Positions 1 to 10,587 of a stretch of 20,791 nt of DNA are shown one piece after another (position 1 is the first letter of the stretch; every line of letters begins with the position of its first letter). This stretch comes from Macrostomum lignano (lineage: Eukaryota): positions 1 through 20,791 of the forward strand of contig NIVC01002365.1 of NCBI GenBank assembly GCA_002269645.1, given 5' to 3'. Both the position numbers and the translations under genes were made by a program. Under the pieces are notes generated by a model, which worked only from the letters and a program-made list of their open reading frames with translations, made no database searches and had not been told where the DNA came from.

Positions 1-77
1 ATAATTAGAATTGAAATTCAGCCATTCAAGAATTCAACCTTGCTTGGCCTTTCATTAAAAGCATTAGAAAAACTCGT

Positions 78-613
78 TTTTCGAATATTTAATACCTTTA
101 ACATTGAAGCAGCTACAAGAAAATTTACTTGTCTTCTTTCCAGATAATTACAAATATTTTGGCAAAAACGCGATTAAAATTGGTCAATCGGTTCGATCTC
201 TAGAGCGCTACACGAATACACGAATACTAACACAAATTCTGTTCGAGTGAACGTCACACGAAGCAGCTATGACATAATCAAATACGCAGGCAGTCAGTAT
301 CAGTCTAAATTAAAGTTTGCTATATGGTTACGCAATTTCTGCCTTTCAACTTGGCACAGTGTTTTCAAATTGTTGTGATGCAATCTTTATCAGAATCAGA
401 GTTCAGCCAGCCAGTTTTTTTCTCTAGCATTCGTATAGTGCACTTCAAATCGAAAGAGCTGCTTGACCTTTGCAAAAAAACATGTCTTTCGAATATTTAA
501 TCCCTTTAGCATTGAAGCAGATTTAAGAAATTTTAACCATACAGCTCTAGGCTGATTACAAATCTTTTGGCGAAAACGCGATCAAATCGTGAAGAATTGC
601 AATCTCTAGAGCG
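78..613. repeat. Degenerate ~130-bp direct repeat (78-207 and 487-613)
   Basis: Shared collinear blocks TTTCGAATATTTAAT, CATTGAAGCAG, ATTACAAAT..TTTGGC.AAAACGCGAT, ATCTCTAGAGCG about 409 nt apart. Confidence 0.75.
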
Positions 614-656
614 TTATGGACAAACATACAAACCTTAGAGATTTAGTATACTTAGA

Positions 657-684
657 CTAGCCATTTAGCCCCCCGCTGGGGAGC
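657..684 (-). mobile_element. Possible Helitron 3' terminus
   Basis: Minus strand: 17-nt GC hairpin GCTCCCC-AGC-GGGGGGC, 7 nt, then CTAG followed by T; 5' end not identified. Confidence 0.4.
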
Positions 685-1179
685 CTTGAAAATGACACCA
701 ATTGGTTTTTATTTTTGCATAAGAGTAACTTTACTATAATCGTCCAAAATATTGATTTCCATTAATCAAAAATTACCTTTTCTCATTTTGGCAGAAATAA
801 ATTGCCATTAATCCGAATTTCATTAGCCAAAAAAGTTTCCTTCATCAGCCCAAAACCCTTTCTAAATCAGCAAATAATGCTTATCCTTTCAAGCACAAAC
901 TCTTGATGGATATCGTCAATGGCCGGGGCATATTCTGATCCGCAGCAGGAGCTCAATATGCAAATCCCTGACGCCCTTAGACCCTCTCTCTATATTAGCC
1001 TAAATCAAAGGATCAAACCTTTAATGAATGCGCTGCTGGTATTTCCTTTTAGCATAAATCAGCATCACTTCTGTGTACTTTTTCATTATCTGAATTACAT
1101 GAGCTACTTGAGCCGTACTACCTGACTATCTGACAATCGCCTAACAACCTAACACCCCCCCCAACAATTCAGCCATCGT

Positions 1180-2476
1180 CCATGAGCCTTGAGATCTCAG
1201 CATTTCCCCAGTAAGCCTTTAGATCTCAGCAATTCCCCCAGTAAGCCTTGACATCCCAGTAATTCCCCCAGTAAGCCTTGACATCTCAGTAATTCCCCCA
1301 GTAAGCCTTGAGATCTCAGCAATTCCCACCGTAAGCTCTGAGATCTCAAAACTTTTCCCAGTAAGTCTTGAGATCTCAGCATTTCCCCAGTAAGCCTTAA
1401 CATCTCAGCAATTCCCCCAGTAAGCCTTGACATCTCAGCAATTCCCCCAGTAGGCCTTGACATCTCAGTAATTCCCCCAGTTAGCCTTGGCATATCAGCA
1501 ATTCCCCCAGTAAGTCTTGAGATCTCAGCATTTCCCCAGTAAGCCTTGACATCTCAGCAATCCCCCAGTAAGCCTTGACATCCCAGTAATTCCCCCAGTA
1601 AGCCTTGGCATCTCAGTAATTCCCCCAGTAAGCCTTGAGATCTCAGCGATTCCCCCCGTAAGCTCTGAGATTTCAAAACTTTTCCCAGTAAGTCTTGAGA
1701 TCTCAGCATTTCCCCAGTAAGCCTTGACATCTCAGCAATTCCCCCAGTAAGCCTTGACATCTCAGTAATTTCCCCAGTTAGCTTTGGCATATCAGCAATT
1801 CCCCCAGTAAGTCTTGAGATCTCAGCATTTCCCCAGTAAGCCTTAACATCTCAGAAATTTCCCCAGTAAGCCTTGACATCTCAGTAATTTCCCCAGTTAG
1901 CCTTGGCATATCAGCAATTCCCCCAGTAAGCCTTGACATCTCAGTAATTTCCCCAGTTAGCCTTGGCATATCAGCAATTCCCCCAGTAAGCCTTGAGATC
2001 CAAGTAAGCCTTTAGATCTCAGCAATTCCCCCAGTAAGCCTTGACATCTCAGCAATTTCCCCAGTAAGCCTTGACATCTCAGTAATTCCCCCAGTTAGCC
2101 TTGAGATCTCAGCGATTCCCCCCGTAAGCTCTGAGATCTCAAAACTTTTCCCAGTAAGTCTTGAGATCTCAGCATTTCCTCAGTAAGCCTTAACATCTCA
2201 GCAATTCCCCCAGTAAGTCTTGAGATCTCAGCAATTCCCCAGTAAGCCTTGACATCTCAGGAATAACCCCATTAAGCCTCGACATCGCAGCAATTAAACT
2301 CCAGCCTCGACATCTATGCAATTCTCCCAGCGCAGTAATTAGCCTTGACATCCCAACAACCCAACTCCCCTCTCCCAAGAATTCAGCAATCCCCTTATAA
2401 GCCTTGATAACTCAGCAATCCCCTTATAAGCCTTGACAACTCAGCTATTCCCGATGAGCTTAGATATCTTAGCAAG
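1180..2476. repeat. Minisatellite, 29-30 nt unit (CAGCAATTCCCCCAGTAAGCCTTGACATCT), about 40 copies, decaying to ~3120
   Basis: Directly visible tandem units with recurring variant blocks. Confidence 0.95.
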
Positions 2477-3216
2477 TCTTTAATTGATGGTTGACAGCAG
2501 TTAATCTATGATTGAACCAAAACTGACTCTAAGCCTCTAACCCTAACCCATAAGAAAATATTGGAATGTTAGCAATTTCGACAATGAGCCTTGAGCCTCA
2601 GCATTAAAGTAACTTCCTCATAAGCTTTTAAATCTAAATTTCATCGGAAGCCTTGACCTGTCAGTAATTCCCCGTAGAGCCAAAGCATTTAAGTAATTCG
2701 CCCCAAGAGCATTTAATCTTAGCAATTCCTCGATGGATCATTAATGATTGACACGACTATCGCTCTATAATTGAACCCTAAGCCTAACCCTTAACCTGCA
2801 GCAGAATTTCAGCAATTCCCCAATGAGCTTTGGAAATGTTAGTAATTTCCCCATGAGCCTGAAAATTGAGTGACTTTTGATACCTTTTGATATCCTGGCA
2901 CTTGCATTTCAACAATTTATTTCTGCAATTTCACAAATGAACCTTGAAATCAAAGCAATTCTCCCCAGAATGACAATTATAGCAATTCCCCTTGTGCCTT
3001 GAGATCTTATAAATCCTCCCATGAGTATTGATATATCACAGCAATTTTCCATACCAGCATTATGCTCGTAGCAATAGTCTTAGCAGTCTTAACAGTCTTA
3101 GCAATTCCCAATGAGACTTTTACTTTCGACAGGGCGCTTCTTTTATAATTGACATGATGATTCTTGTTCGTTTTTTCTTGCCTTTGCGTTTTCTTCTCTT
3201 TAAAAGAAGTTTTTAA

Positions 3217-3872
3217 TGAAATATTTTAAAATATATGTTACTGTTCTTCTTCTGGTCTCTCACTTCTATGGCTCTATGTCTACTTCAAATATCAATGTGA
3301 GAGCCAAATAACTGAGGCGGCGGATTCAACTGACTTTTCCTGATGATGCAAACACTTGATGGTAACTTACAGACCGTTGTATTTGATGGTCACAATCTCG
3401 AGATGTTTTCTCACAAAAATATAATGTCTAAGGTGGAATTCCAAATAAGAAGCTCGTTCGATTTAAGTCACAAGGTGTTTCTAGTTGTTCGGGTGAACCG
3501 AAGGTTCAGTCTATTGTAAAACGTGGATTGGGTGTTGGTTTAGCTTTAGTAAGTCAATTTATCAGTTTTGGTGTTTGGGTTGAGACCCTAACTATGTTAA
3601 TCAAAATTAGTCAAAAGGAGGTAGGCTGGGAGAAGGGCGAAGGAGAGAAAAGGGGAGGAGAGGCGGAGCGAGAAAGGGGGCGAGCTTCTTGCTTGGTTAA
3701 CATGAGCTTTTATAGTACTTTTCAGTCTTGATCGCATTGGATGGTACATAACTGTTTTTCATTGGTTGAGGTTGGGGTCGTGTCCTCAGCTTTTGCTATT
3801 TGGAGCGCATTCATTGGTTAAGATACATTCAATCTGGATGGGAACTTTCTTGAGTCAAAATGTATCACTTCA
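3217..3872 (-). repeat. 3' LTR (656 bp)
   Basis: Direct repeat of 17519-18175 with the same TG...CA boundaries; preceded on the minus strand by a purine-rich tract. Confidence 0.95.
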
Positions 3873-3887
3873 TTCGCTCTATTTTTC
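3873..3887 (-). promoter_or_regulatory. Polypurine tract (plus-strand primer)
   Basis: Minus strand GAAAAATAGAGCGAA (13/15 purines) abuts the TG of the 3' LTR. Confidence 0.7.
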
Positions 3888-4521
3888 GGGGAAGCGAGGC
3901 CCTCCGAGCGCATAAAAACAGAAAAAAGTATAGCAGGGGGTTAAAATTGATAAAATTGCAGAAAAAGATAACGCATTGTAGTGAACGAGAAAAGTTGTCG
4001 CAGAAAAAATAGTGCGCAGTGAATAATATTAGCAAAAATGTTTGAGTAAAAGGGAACCAATTTAAGCAAGGTAACATAGGTTAAAGTACAACATCAGTTT
4101 AAATAGCGAAAGAAGGGATAGCGCAGAGGGCCTTTAGTTAGGCGAAGCTAAACTAGCTAGCAAGGATGGAATAAAACGCAGCGAGGGTAACCAAAAAATC
4201 GATAAAATAGGTGTACAGAGCAAAATGGAGGTTTAGCGACGCAAGCTTAAAGTGAAAACGCGTTGAGTTAAAAGGAGGGTAATAAAAATCATTGTACAGC
4301 GAAAGTGGGGGGGTTAGCGAGGAACCGCGCAGCTACGAGTAATAAATCATGTACAAGGTAGAAGTTAAATTTTTTTTTTAACTGGGGAACGAAAGGGAGA
4401 TAAAAATTCGAGGAAAAAGTGTACAGTCCAAAGGGGTATATAACACAAAGCTTAAAATGGAGCAAGGCGAGTTAAGCGATTTTTTAACTGACGGTTAATA
4501 ATCAGGTAAATTCGATTCATC

Positions 4522-4782
4522 ATGAGCACAAGGAAGAACTTGCGGTTTTTGCTAGGCGACTTAGCAAAGCGGTCCCAAGATGATTGGGACCTTGGCGACA
4601 GGCGGTGGGCGATCACTCTCGTCCTTCTCGCTGTGCTGGGAGTGCTGGTGCTGCTGCTGCTGCTGTGCCAATGTTGCCGTTGCTGTCGTTGTTGTCGGCG
4701 CAACTGCTGCAGGTCGGGCGCGCCTGGAGCGTCGACTGCGGTAGCAGATGTAGAGGCGCCGCCAGCGGAGTCGGCGGTGTAA
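4522..4782 (+). CDS. Antisense small membrane protein (86 aa) with one TM helix and Cys/Arg cluster
   Basis: ATG 4522; hydrophilic 28-aa N-terminus, TM WAITLVLLAVLGVLVLLLLL, then CQCCRCCRCCRRNCCR; TATATAA at 4437-4443 upstream on the same strand. Confidence 0.6.
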   Translation: MSTRKNLRFLLGDLAKRSQDDWDLGDRRWAITLVLLAVLGVLVLLLLLCQCCRCCRCCRRNCCRSGAPGASTAVADVEAPPAESAV

Positions 4783-5102
4783 GAGCCGAGCTGCTTTGCT
4801 GGTTCGTCCGGCCTTCTGAACGCAACAACGGCCCTTTTCAGGGCCACCACCTGATGTGATACCGAAGTTGTCAGATGAGCAGACTGTGCAGTCATGAGAG
4901 AGCAGGCGTTATTGGGCCGTATGCTTTAGTGCTAGTTGGTTGACTTAGATGAAAGCAGCGCCAGGGACAGAGCGATTTGCAGAGACCAGGCATAGCGTAG
5001 GGCGATGGCTGCGTAGATCAAGGTTGTGGCTTGAATTTGGTTGAAGCAGCGCCAGAGACAGCAATTGGCAGTGACCAGGTAGAGAGCAGCAGTCATGTAG
5101 GT

Positions 5103-5156
5103 CAGGGTTGGACAGGGTTGAGCAGGGTTGAGCAGGGTTGAGCAGGGTTGAGCAGG
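5103..5156. repeat. 10-nt tandem repeat CAGGGTTGAG, about 5 copies
   Basis: One variant copy (5103) then four perfect copies (5113-5152). Confidence 0.9.
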
Positions 5157-5340
5157 CTAGTGCGTGAGGACTTTCGAAAAAGCAGTTGACAGAATAACAG
5201 AGAAAAATAGCGTAAGCTTTACACAAGTGAGCGTAAAAGAGCGGAGGAGTAATTAATAGGCAGATAAATGAAAAATATTTTTGAGTATTTTTGAACAATT
5301 TTTGTAGTGTTTCAGCGCTCAATATTGAAGAAAAAGCGGA

Positions 5341-6297
5341 TTAAAATAGTGAGCGATGATGGTGAATCAAGTCATAAAAAAGAGCATATGCCAGTCGAGC
5401 AAAATTAATATTAAGATCAGAAGGAGGAGAATGCTGAATACGCTTGATGGAGAAGGTATGAAGAGCGGCATACTCTGGCAAGGTGTTAGGATAGCCAACA
5501 AGATCATTTCGTATACTGTGAATATCGTATAAATATCGACGAAGCGGAGGACAAGAGAAAGGAAAGATAGTATGGGCAACTACCGAGCGAGAATAAAAAT
5601 CGATAATTATAAAAGCAAAGTTTCTTGAACGCGTTGAGAGAATGAAAACAGCGTGGGTAAAGAAAAAATTGTGCGGATACAAACGATTGAGCGTGCGTAT
5701 CATAGCTTTCTTAGTAGCACGAGGAGAAAATGGAGGAAAAATTTGATAAACATAAGGGGCGAGAGAATCGAAGGAGGTTAAATAATTTTGGAGCGTAGAA
5801 GTTAACTGCTGCGCCGAAAGATTAGCAGCATCATGGCGGAATTGTTGCCATGGGTAGCGCAGAGAGGAAAGCAACAGAGGCCAAGTGTCTTGGTTAAAGC
5901 GCATGCATGGTTGAGGGAGAGTAGAAGTAGAGAGTTGAAAGAAATCGTCGATAGACATATTAGGAGAAAAAAGAAAATGTAGGATTGGTACAAAGATGCG
6001 GCTGAGAACATCGTTCATAGTGGGAGAAAAGTTCTGTATACGTGGTCGTGAGTGAGTACGACGCAGCATACCAAATAGACTAATTCGTAGAACGCGGAGC
6101 ATTTTAGGATAAAAGCAATGGCAGCGGATAACATAAAAACGAGAGAAGAAAGCGGAGGCCATGCGTAGCCGTTGGGGTTCACCAATAGTTTCAGAATAAA
6201 ATATTGCTTCAGTGAACCAAGCAACAACGGTTGCGAGGCAAATAAGATCATGATTTAACTGTGGTCGGATATCCACTGGTTGCGGAAATGGATCCAT
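5341..6297 (-). CDS. Accessory ORF downstream of pol, unknown function (318 aa)
   Basis: Uninterrupted ATG-to-TAA ORF (MDPFPQPVDIRP...HHHRSLF), non-repetitive globular-looking composition, same strand as pol; no family recognised with confidence. Confidence 0.65.
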   Translation of the reverse strand: MDPFPQPVDIRPQLNHDLICLATVVAWFTEAIFYSETIGEPQRLRMASAFFSRFYVIRCHCFYPKMLRVLRISLFGMLRRTHSRPRIQNFSPTMNDVLSRIFVPILHFLFSPNMSIDDFFQLSTSTLPQPCMRFNQDTWPLLLSSLRYPWQQFRHDAANLSAQQLTSTLQNYLTSFDSLAPYVYQIFPPFSPRATKKAMIRTLNRLYPHNFFFTHAVFILSTRSRNFAFIIIDFYSRSVVAHTIFPFSCPPLRRYLYDIHSIRNDLVGYPNTLPEYAALHTFSIKRIQHSPPSDLNINFARLAYALFYDLIHHHRSLF

Positions 6298-6310
6298 AAG
6301 AGAAAGGAAA

Positions 6311-6442
6311 AAAGGAGAAAAGCAATAGATACACAAAATATTGTTTTAGCGTGCGAGCTCTGCAATGTAAAGAGGGAAAGGAGAAAAGCAATAGATACAC
6401 AAAATATTGTTTTAGCTTTTGCTCTGATGTAAAGAGGGAAAA
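6311..6442. repeat. About 66-nt tandem duplication between pol and the accessory ORF
   Basis: AAAGGAGAAAAGCAATAGATACACAAAATATTGTTTTAGC at 6311 and 6377; ATGTAAAGAGGGAAA also repeated. Confidence 0.85.
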
Positions 6443-6644
6443 GAGAGAAAGTTTTGTAGCTTTGTTGATAAAACGGAATGACAAAATGTTCGTGACTATA
6501 GTCACGGAAAGTGTCGCAATGCAGAGAAGAGCAAAAGCTAGAAAAGAAGGAAAGAAAAAAAGAAGAGAAAGAAAGGAAGAGAAAGCAATATTGTCAGTTA
6601 AGGAAAAGAAAGGAGAAAAGAAGTTTAGAAGGTTTTTTGATCAT

Positions 6645-9600
6645 TCACGACTTCTTGTTCTTTGATCTTAGGTTGTAGCCATGCGTCTGTGGCTGAACTG
6701 GTGGCTCATCAGTAGACGTGGTTTGCAGCGCGATGGACTTGCTCAATGGCGGCCGATGGTTGTGGTGGACCTGAATGTCATCAGTTGTGAACTCAGGTAG
6801 GTGACTAGGTCCAGCGCTGAGTCCATCTCCAGGCCATGGTTTCAGCTTGGAGGCATGCACCACGATTGGTCGTTCGCTTGGTCGGTTGACGTCAGAAATC
6901 AGTGCGTTCTGATCGGAGAGCCATGCTAATAGACGCATTGGGCCACGATAAGGATTGGAGAATTTTGTCTCCTTTGTTGCTGAGACATCCAAGTAGCATC
7001 GTGCACCTGGGCGTATGTAGCGGCGGTTGATCTTCTTGTCAGAGTTTTCAGCGCGCTGTTCAGCTGAGTTGTGCAGAAGTTCCTTGGCGACTTCTCTGGC
7101 AAGCAAAATAGCTGAACAGGTCAAATTGACTGGTTTAATAACGTCCATGTATGCAGTTGTCTGGTGTTCCATGATCCGTGCGTTGGGTGGCAGGAAGTCT
7201 CGAGCGAAGAACAAGTAGAATGGTGATTCATTCATCGTTGAGTGTGCGGCGGTATTGATTGCTAGTGTCACCGCAGGTAGGAAGTCAATCCAGAGATCTG
7301 GTTTGTCATGGACAAAGGCCGTAAGAGTTTGCTTCAGTGTCTTGTGTGCGCGTTCGACGAAGTTGCTGGATGGTTGGTACACCGAGGTGTAGATTAGATG
7401 GATTCCAAGGGCACCCATAAACTCTCGAAATTCTTGCGAGATGAATTGGGGTCCGTTATCTGAGATGATGTGTGCTGGTAGTCCTGCGAAGGCGAACACA
7501 CGGTTGAAGAGACTGTTGCAGATGGTTGCAGAAGTTGTCTCAGTTAGCGGGATTGTGAACAGGAATTTGCTAACGCCGCATTGGGCCGTGAGTATGTACT
7601 TGTAGACGTCGCGGCCGTGTGAAGCTGGTGGCAGTGGACCTACAAGGTCGATAGCCAAATGAGAGAAAACCTCGTTGAATTTGACGGCTTTGTGCAGCGG
7701 TCGCAGTCGAGGTGCTGTTTTCGCTTTGTGGCAGATTTCGCAGTTGTTAACGAAATTGAAGACGTCTTGCCGTAGTGTAGGCCAGTAGTAGAAATGACTG
7801 ATTTTGTCTGCTGTCTTTTGGTGACCTAGATGACCACCAAGGGCTGTCGAGTGGTTACTTGTCAAAAGAGCTTCACGGTAGCGTGTTGGTATCACGAGGC
7901 GGCTTCGTCCTTCGTCATCTTCAAAGTATAGAGTGTTTCCGTCCAGGAAATAACGTGCCAGGTGTCGGCGAACATATTGTTGGTCTTTCTTGGACAGCTC
8001 GTGAGTGGGTGATTTTTCCGATAGAAGTGCTTTGATTGTTGACAGTAATGGGTCTTGATCAATGGCATCCTGCAGTCCGTTGAATGTTGACAGCGATTGT
8101 ATCTGACAGACTTTGGGGATGCGCGAAAGGCAGTCCGCTACTACATTTGATTTGCCTTTCACATAGTTGAGAGTGAAGTTGTAATCTTGTAGCGCTAGAA
8201 TCCACTTCTGAAGTCGTTTTGAAATTGGCTGCTTGTCACTGAATAGACTCTTGAGTGGCTGGTGATCAGTGAAGACGTGGAACTGTTGGTAAGAAGCGTA
8301 GAGGAACACGTGTAGCTTCTTTATTGCCCAATAGATGGCGTATGCTTCGCGTTCAATCGGTGGATAGCGTTGTTCGGTTGGACTTAACGTCTTAGAATGT
8401 AGGCAACCGGGCGTTGGTGGTTGCTGTCGTCTAGCTGTGAGAGTACTGCTCCAATGGCGGTATCCGAGGCATCAGTGTGCAGGAAGTACGGTTTTCGCGG
8501 ATTTGGATGAACCAGTAGTATATCCGTAGAGAGAAGTTGTTTCAGCTTTTCAAAGGCTGTTTGCGCAGCGTTCGTCCAGACGAATTTGTTGGGTTTCGAA
8601 GATAATACTCAGAAGTGGCTGTACTACTCGTGAGTAGCCAGCAATGTGCGTTCGGTAGAAATTTGCAAGTCCAAGGAAAGATTGTAGTTGTTTAACCGTT
8701 TGAGGCACAGGAAAGGTCTTGATTTTCTCGATGAGGCTGGGGCTGGTCTAATGCCTTGAGCAGAAACAACAAATCCAAGATATTGTACCTCTGTTTTAGC
8801 AAAGATGCATTTTCGTAGTGAAATTCGCAATCCATGATGTCGTAACTTTTGGAAGAAGCGTTCGATTTCTTTGAGCATGCCGGTGAAGTCTTCGGCGATG
8901 AGCATGACGTCATCCAAGTAGGCAATCTGATTTGGAGAGTCAGCTGTTAACAATGCTACAAGACGGCACATTAAGCTAGGACTGGACTTGAGTCCTTGAG
9001 GTAGTCGATTGAATTCCCAAAGTAGGCCGTTGGGTGCAATGAACGCAGTGTATTTTGTGCTTTCTGGATCGATCCGAACTTGGTAGAAAGCATCTGCTAG
9101 GTCACAGAGTGTGTACAGTTTAGCGTTCTTCAATCGATGTAGCAAATCCGGAATCTTAGGAGGTCGGATGCTAGGAGCACGAATTAGCTTGTTCAGTTTT
9201 CGGTAATCCGTCACGAGTCTTAGTTGTCGGCGACCTTGAGCGTCGAGCGTCTTCTTTTCCACGAGAAGACATGGACTTGAGTATTCAGATTCACTCGGAC
9301 TGATGATTCCTTTTTGACGGAAGTTTTCGATGAGCTCATCAAACCGTTCTTGTAGTCCATGAGCGATTGGATAGGGTCTGGACGTGACTGGCTCAGAGTG
9401 TGGGTGTAGATGCAGGTGAGCCGTGTATTGGGTAGAGCAACCCATGTCGGTTGGCAGTAGTGCCAAGACGTCACGGTACTTGTTCATTAGAGTAACTAAT
9501 TGTTCACTCTGCTCGGTTGAGAGGTGCTGGTTGGCTTGTTTGAGTTGAGTACGGATCATGTCAGTCGTAGGTGCTTCTTGTTGCAGCGTGCGGAGACTGT

Positions 9601-10587
9601 TGATTTGAGCTGCTGGCGCACGATGTTGTAGTCAGACATGTTAGCCAGATTTCCAATGACTTGTTGAGGATGCAAGGTTTGCGTTGTCAGCGACGGGTTG
9701 GCAATTTCCACAGTGATAGTTTGTCCGTCCGGGTTGACAGAAACAAGGCAAGTTGGTATCATCAACTGGTGTTTCTGGATCGTGTGGTCCTTAGGGACGA
9801 ACAGGACAGGAATCGTTGGCTCATGTCGAGAAGAGAGTTTCAGCGTGACTTGGTGCGTTGTCTGTGGTGGTAACTCTAGCTTGTTTTGCATCACCGCAGA
9901 GGTTTCTTGCAACTGTTGGATGGAGTTGAGCATCGCAAATTGCTCATTGCCAAGCTTAGCTGTCGCTTTCGAGTAGTCGAATTGTAGTGGTATTCCCAGT
10001 GACTTAAAGGTTTCTACTCCTAAGAGCAAATCATAGTCAGCGTCGGGGGTGTCGAGCACAAAGGCCGATATCTTGTGGTTGCGTCCATCGATTTCGAGAT
10101 CAAAAGTAGCCTTTTTGTTGAGGTTTAGTTGTTGTCCTCCTGCACAAATGGCGTTCATGTTGGTGTCTTGTAATGGTACTCGAAGCTTTTTGGCGAATGC
10201 CGGTGAGATGCAGGAGATCGAGGCGCCGCTGTCAATGAGGGCGGTGCATCTGTGTCGAGTATGCGGTGCGTTGCGGCACCACAGGTTGATCATTGTTGCT
10301 GTTGTTAGGTGCTTCAAAACAAAGGCGTATGAGTAGTTTGCTGGCCATTTTGGAACTTTCGGTTCTGGTGGTGGTCTCCGTGGTGGCGGAAGGGTGGCAC
10401 GAAGTTCAATCGTTTCGATGGGTGCCGAAGGTGTTGGCGCTCGTCTGGTGGTATCAGTTGCTGTTGTTGGGAGTAGTCGTTTCGTGATTCCACTTGAGTT
10501 GGAGTTCGTTGTTGCCGCAGCACTTGTATAGTGTGCGTTCTGCCGTAACGGATGGTGCTGGCGACGCAGAGTCGGCCAAGATTGCAC
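6645..10587 (-). CDS. pol: Pol: aspartic protease, RT, RNase H, integrase; frame breaks near 9620, 8741, 8610, 8397
   Basis: ALIDSGAS (DSG 10233-10225) and DLLLG; DYRKLN, DLADAFYQ, LPQGLKSSP, YLDD (8920-8909), YLGF; LHTDASD, EREAYAI, TDHQPL; H-H-C-C zinc finger, IDLVGPL, SDNGPQF, VERAHKT; ends GYNLRSKNKKS. Confidence 0.96.

Noticed and set aside
919-1125. 68-aa plus-strand ORF
   Set aside because: Short, no recognisable motif or supporting signals
1197-2378. ORFs with LTGEI/LTGGI repeats resembling plant LRR
   Set aside because: They are translations of the 30-nt satellite; the 10-aa period lacks LxxLxLxxN and the frame shifts at recurrent 29-nt units
1180-2476. CRISPR-like array
   Set aside because: Units are contiguous with no unique spacers, context is eukaryotic, and there are no cas genes
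2538-2796. Telomere-like CTAACC/TAACCC motifs
   Set aside because: Only two or three imperfect units at each site; too short to call interstitial telomere
6351-6665. K/R/E-rich plus-strand ORF
   Set aside because: No ATG start, derives from a purine-rich tract and the local duplication
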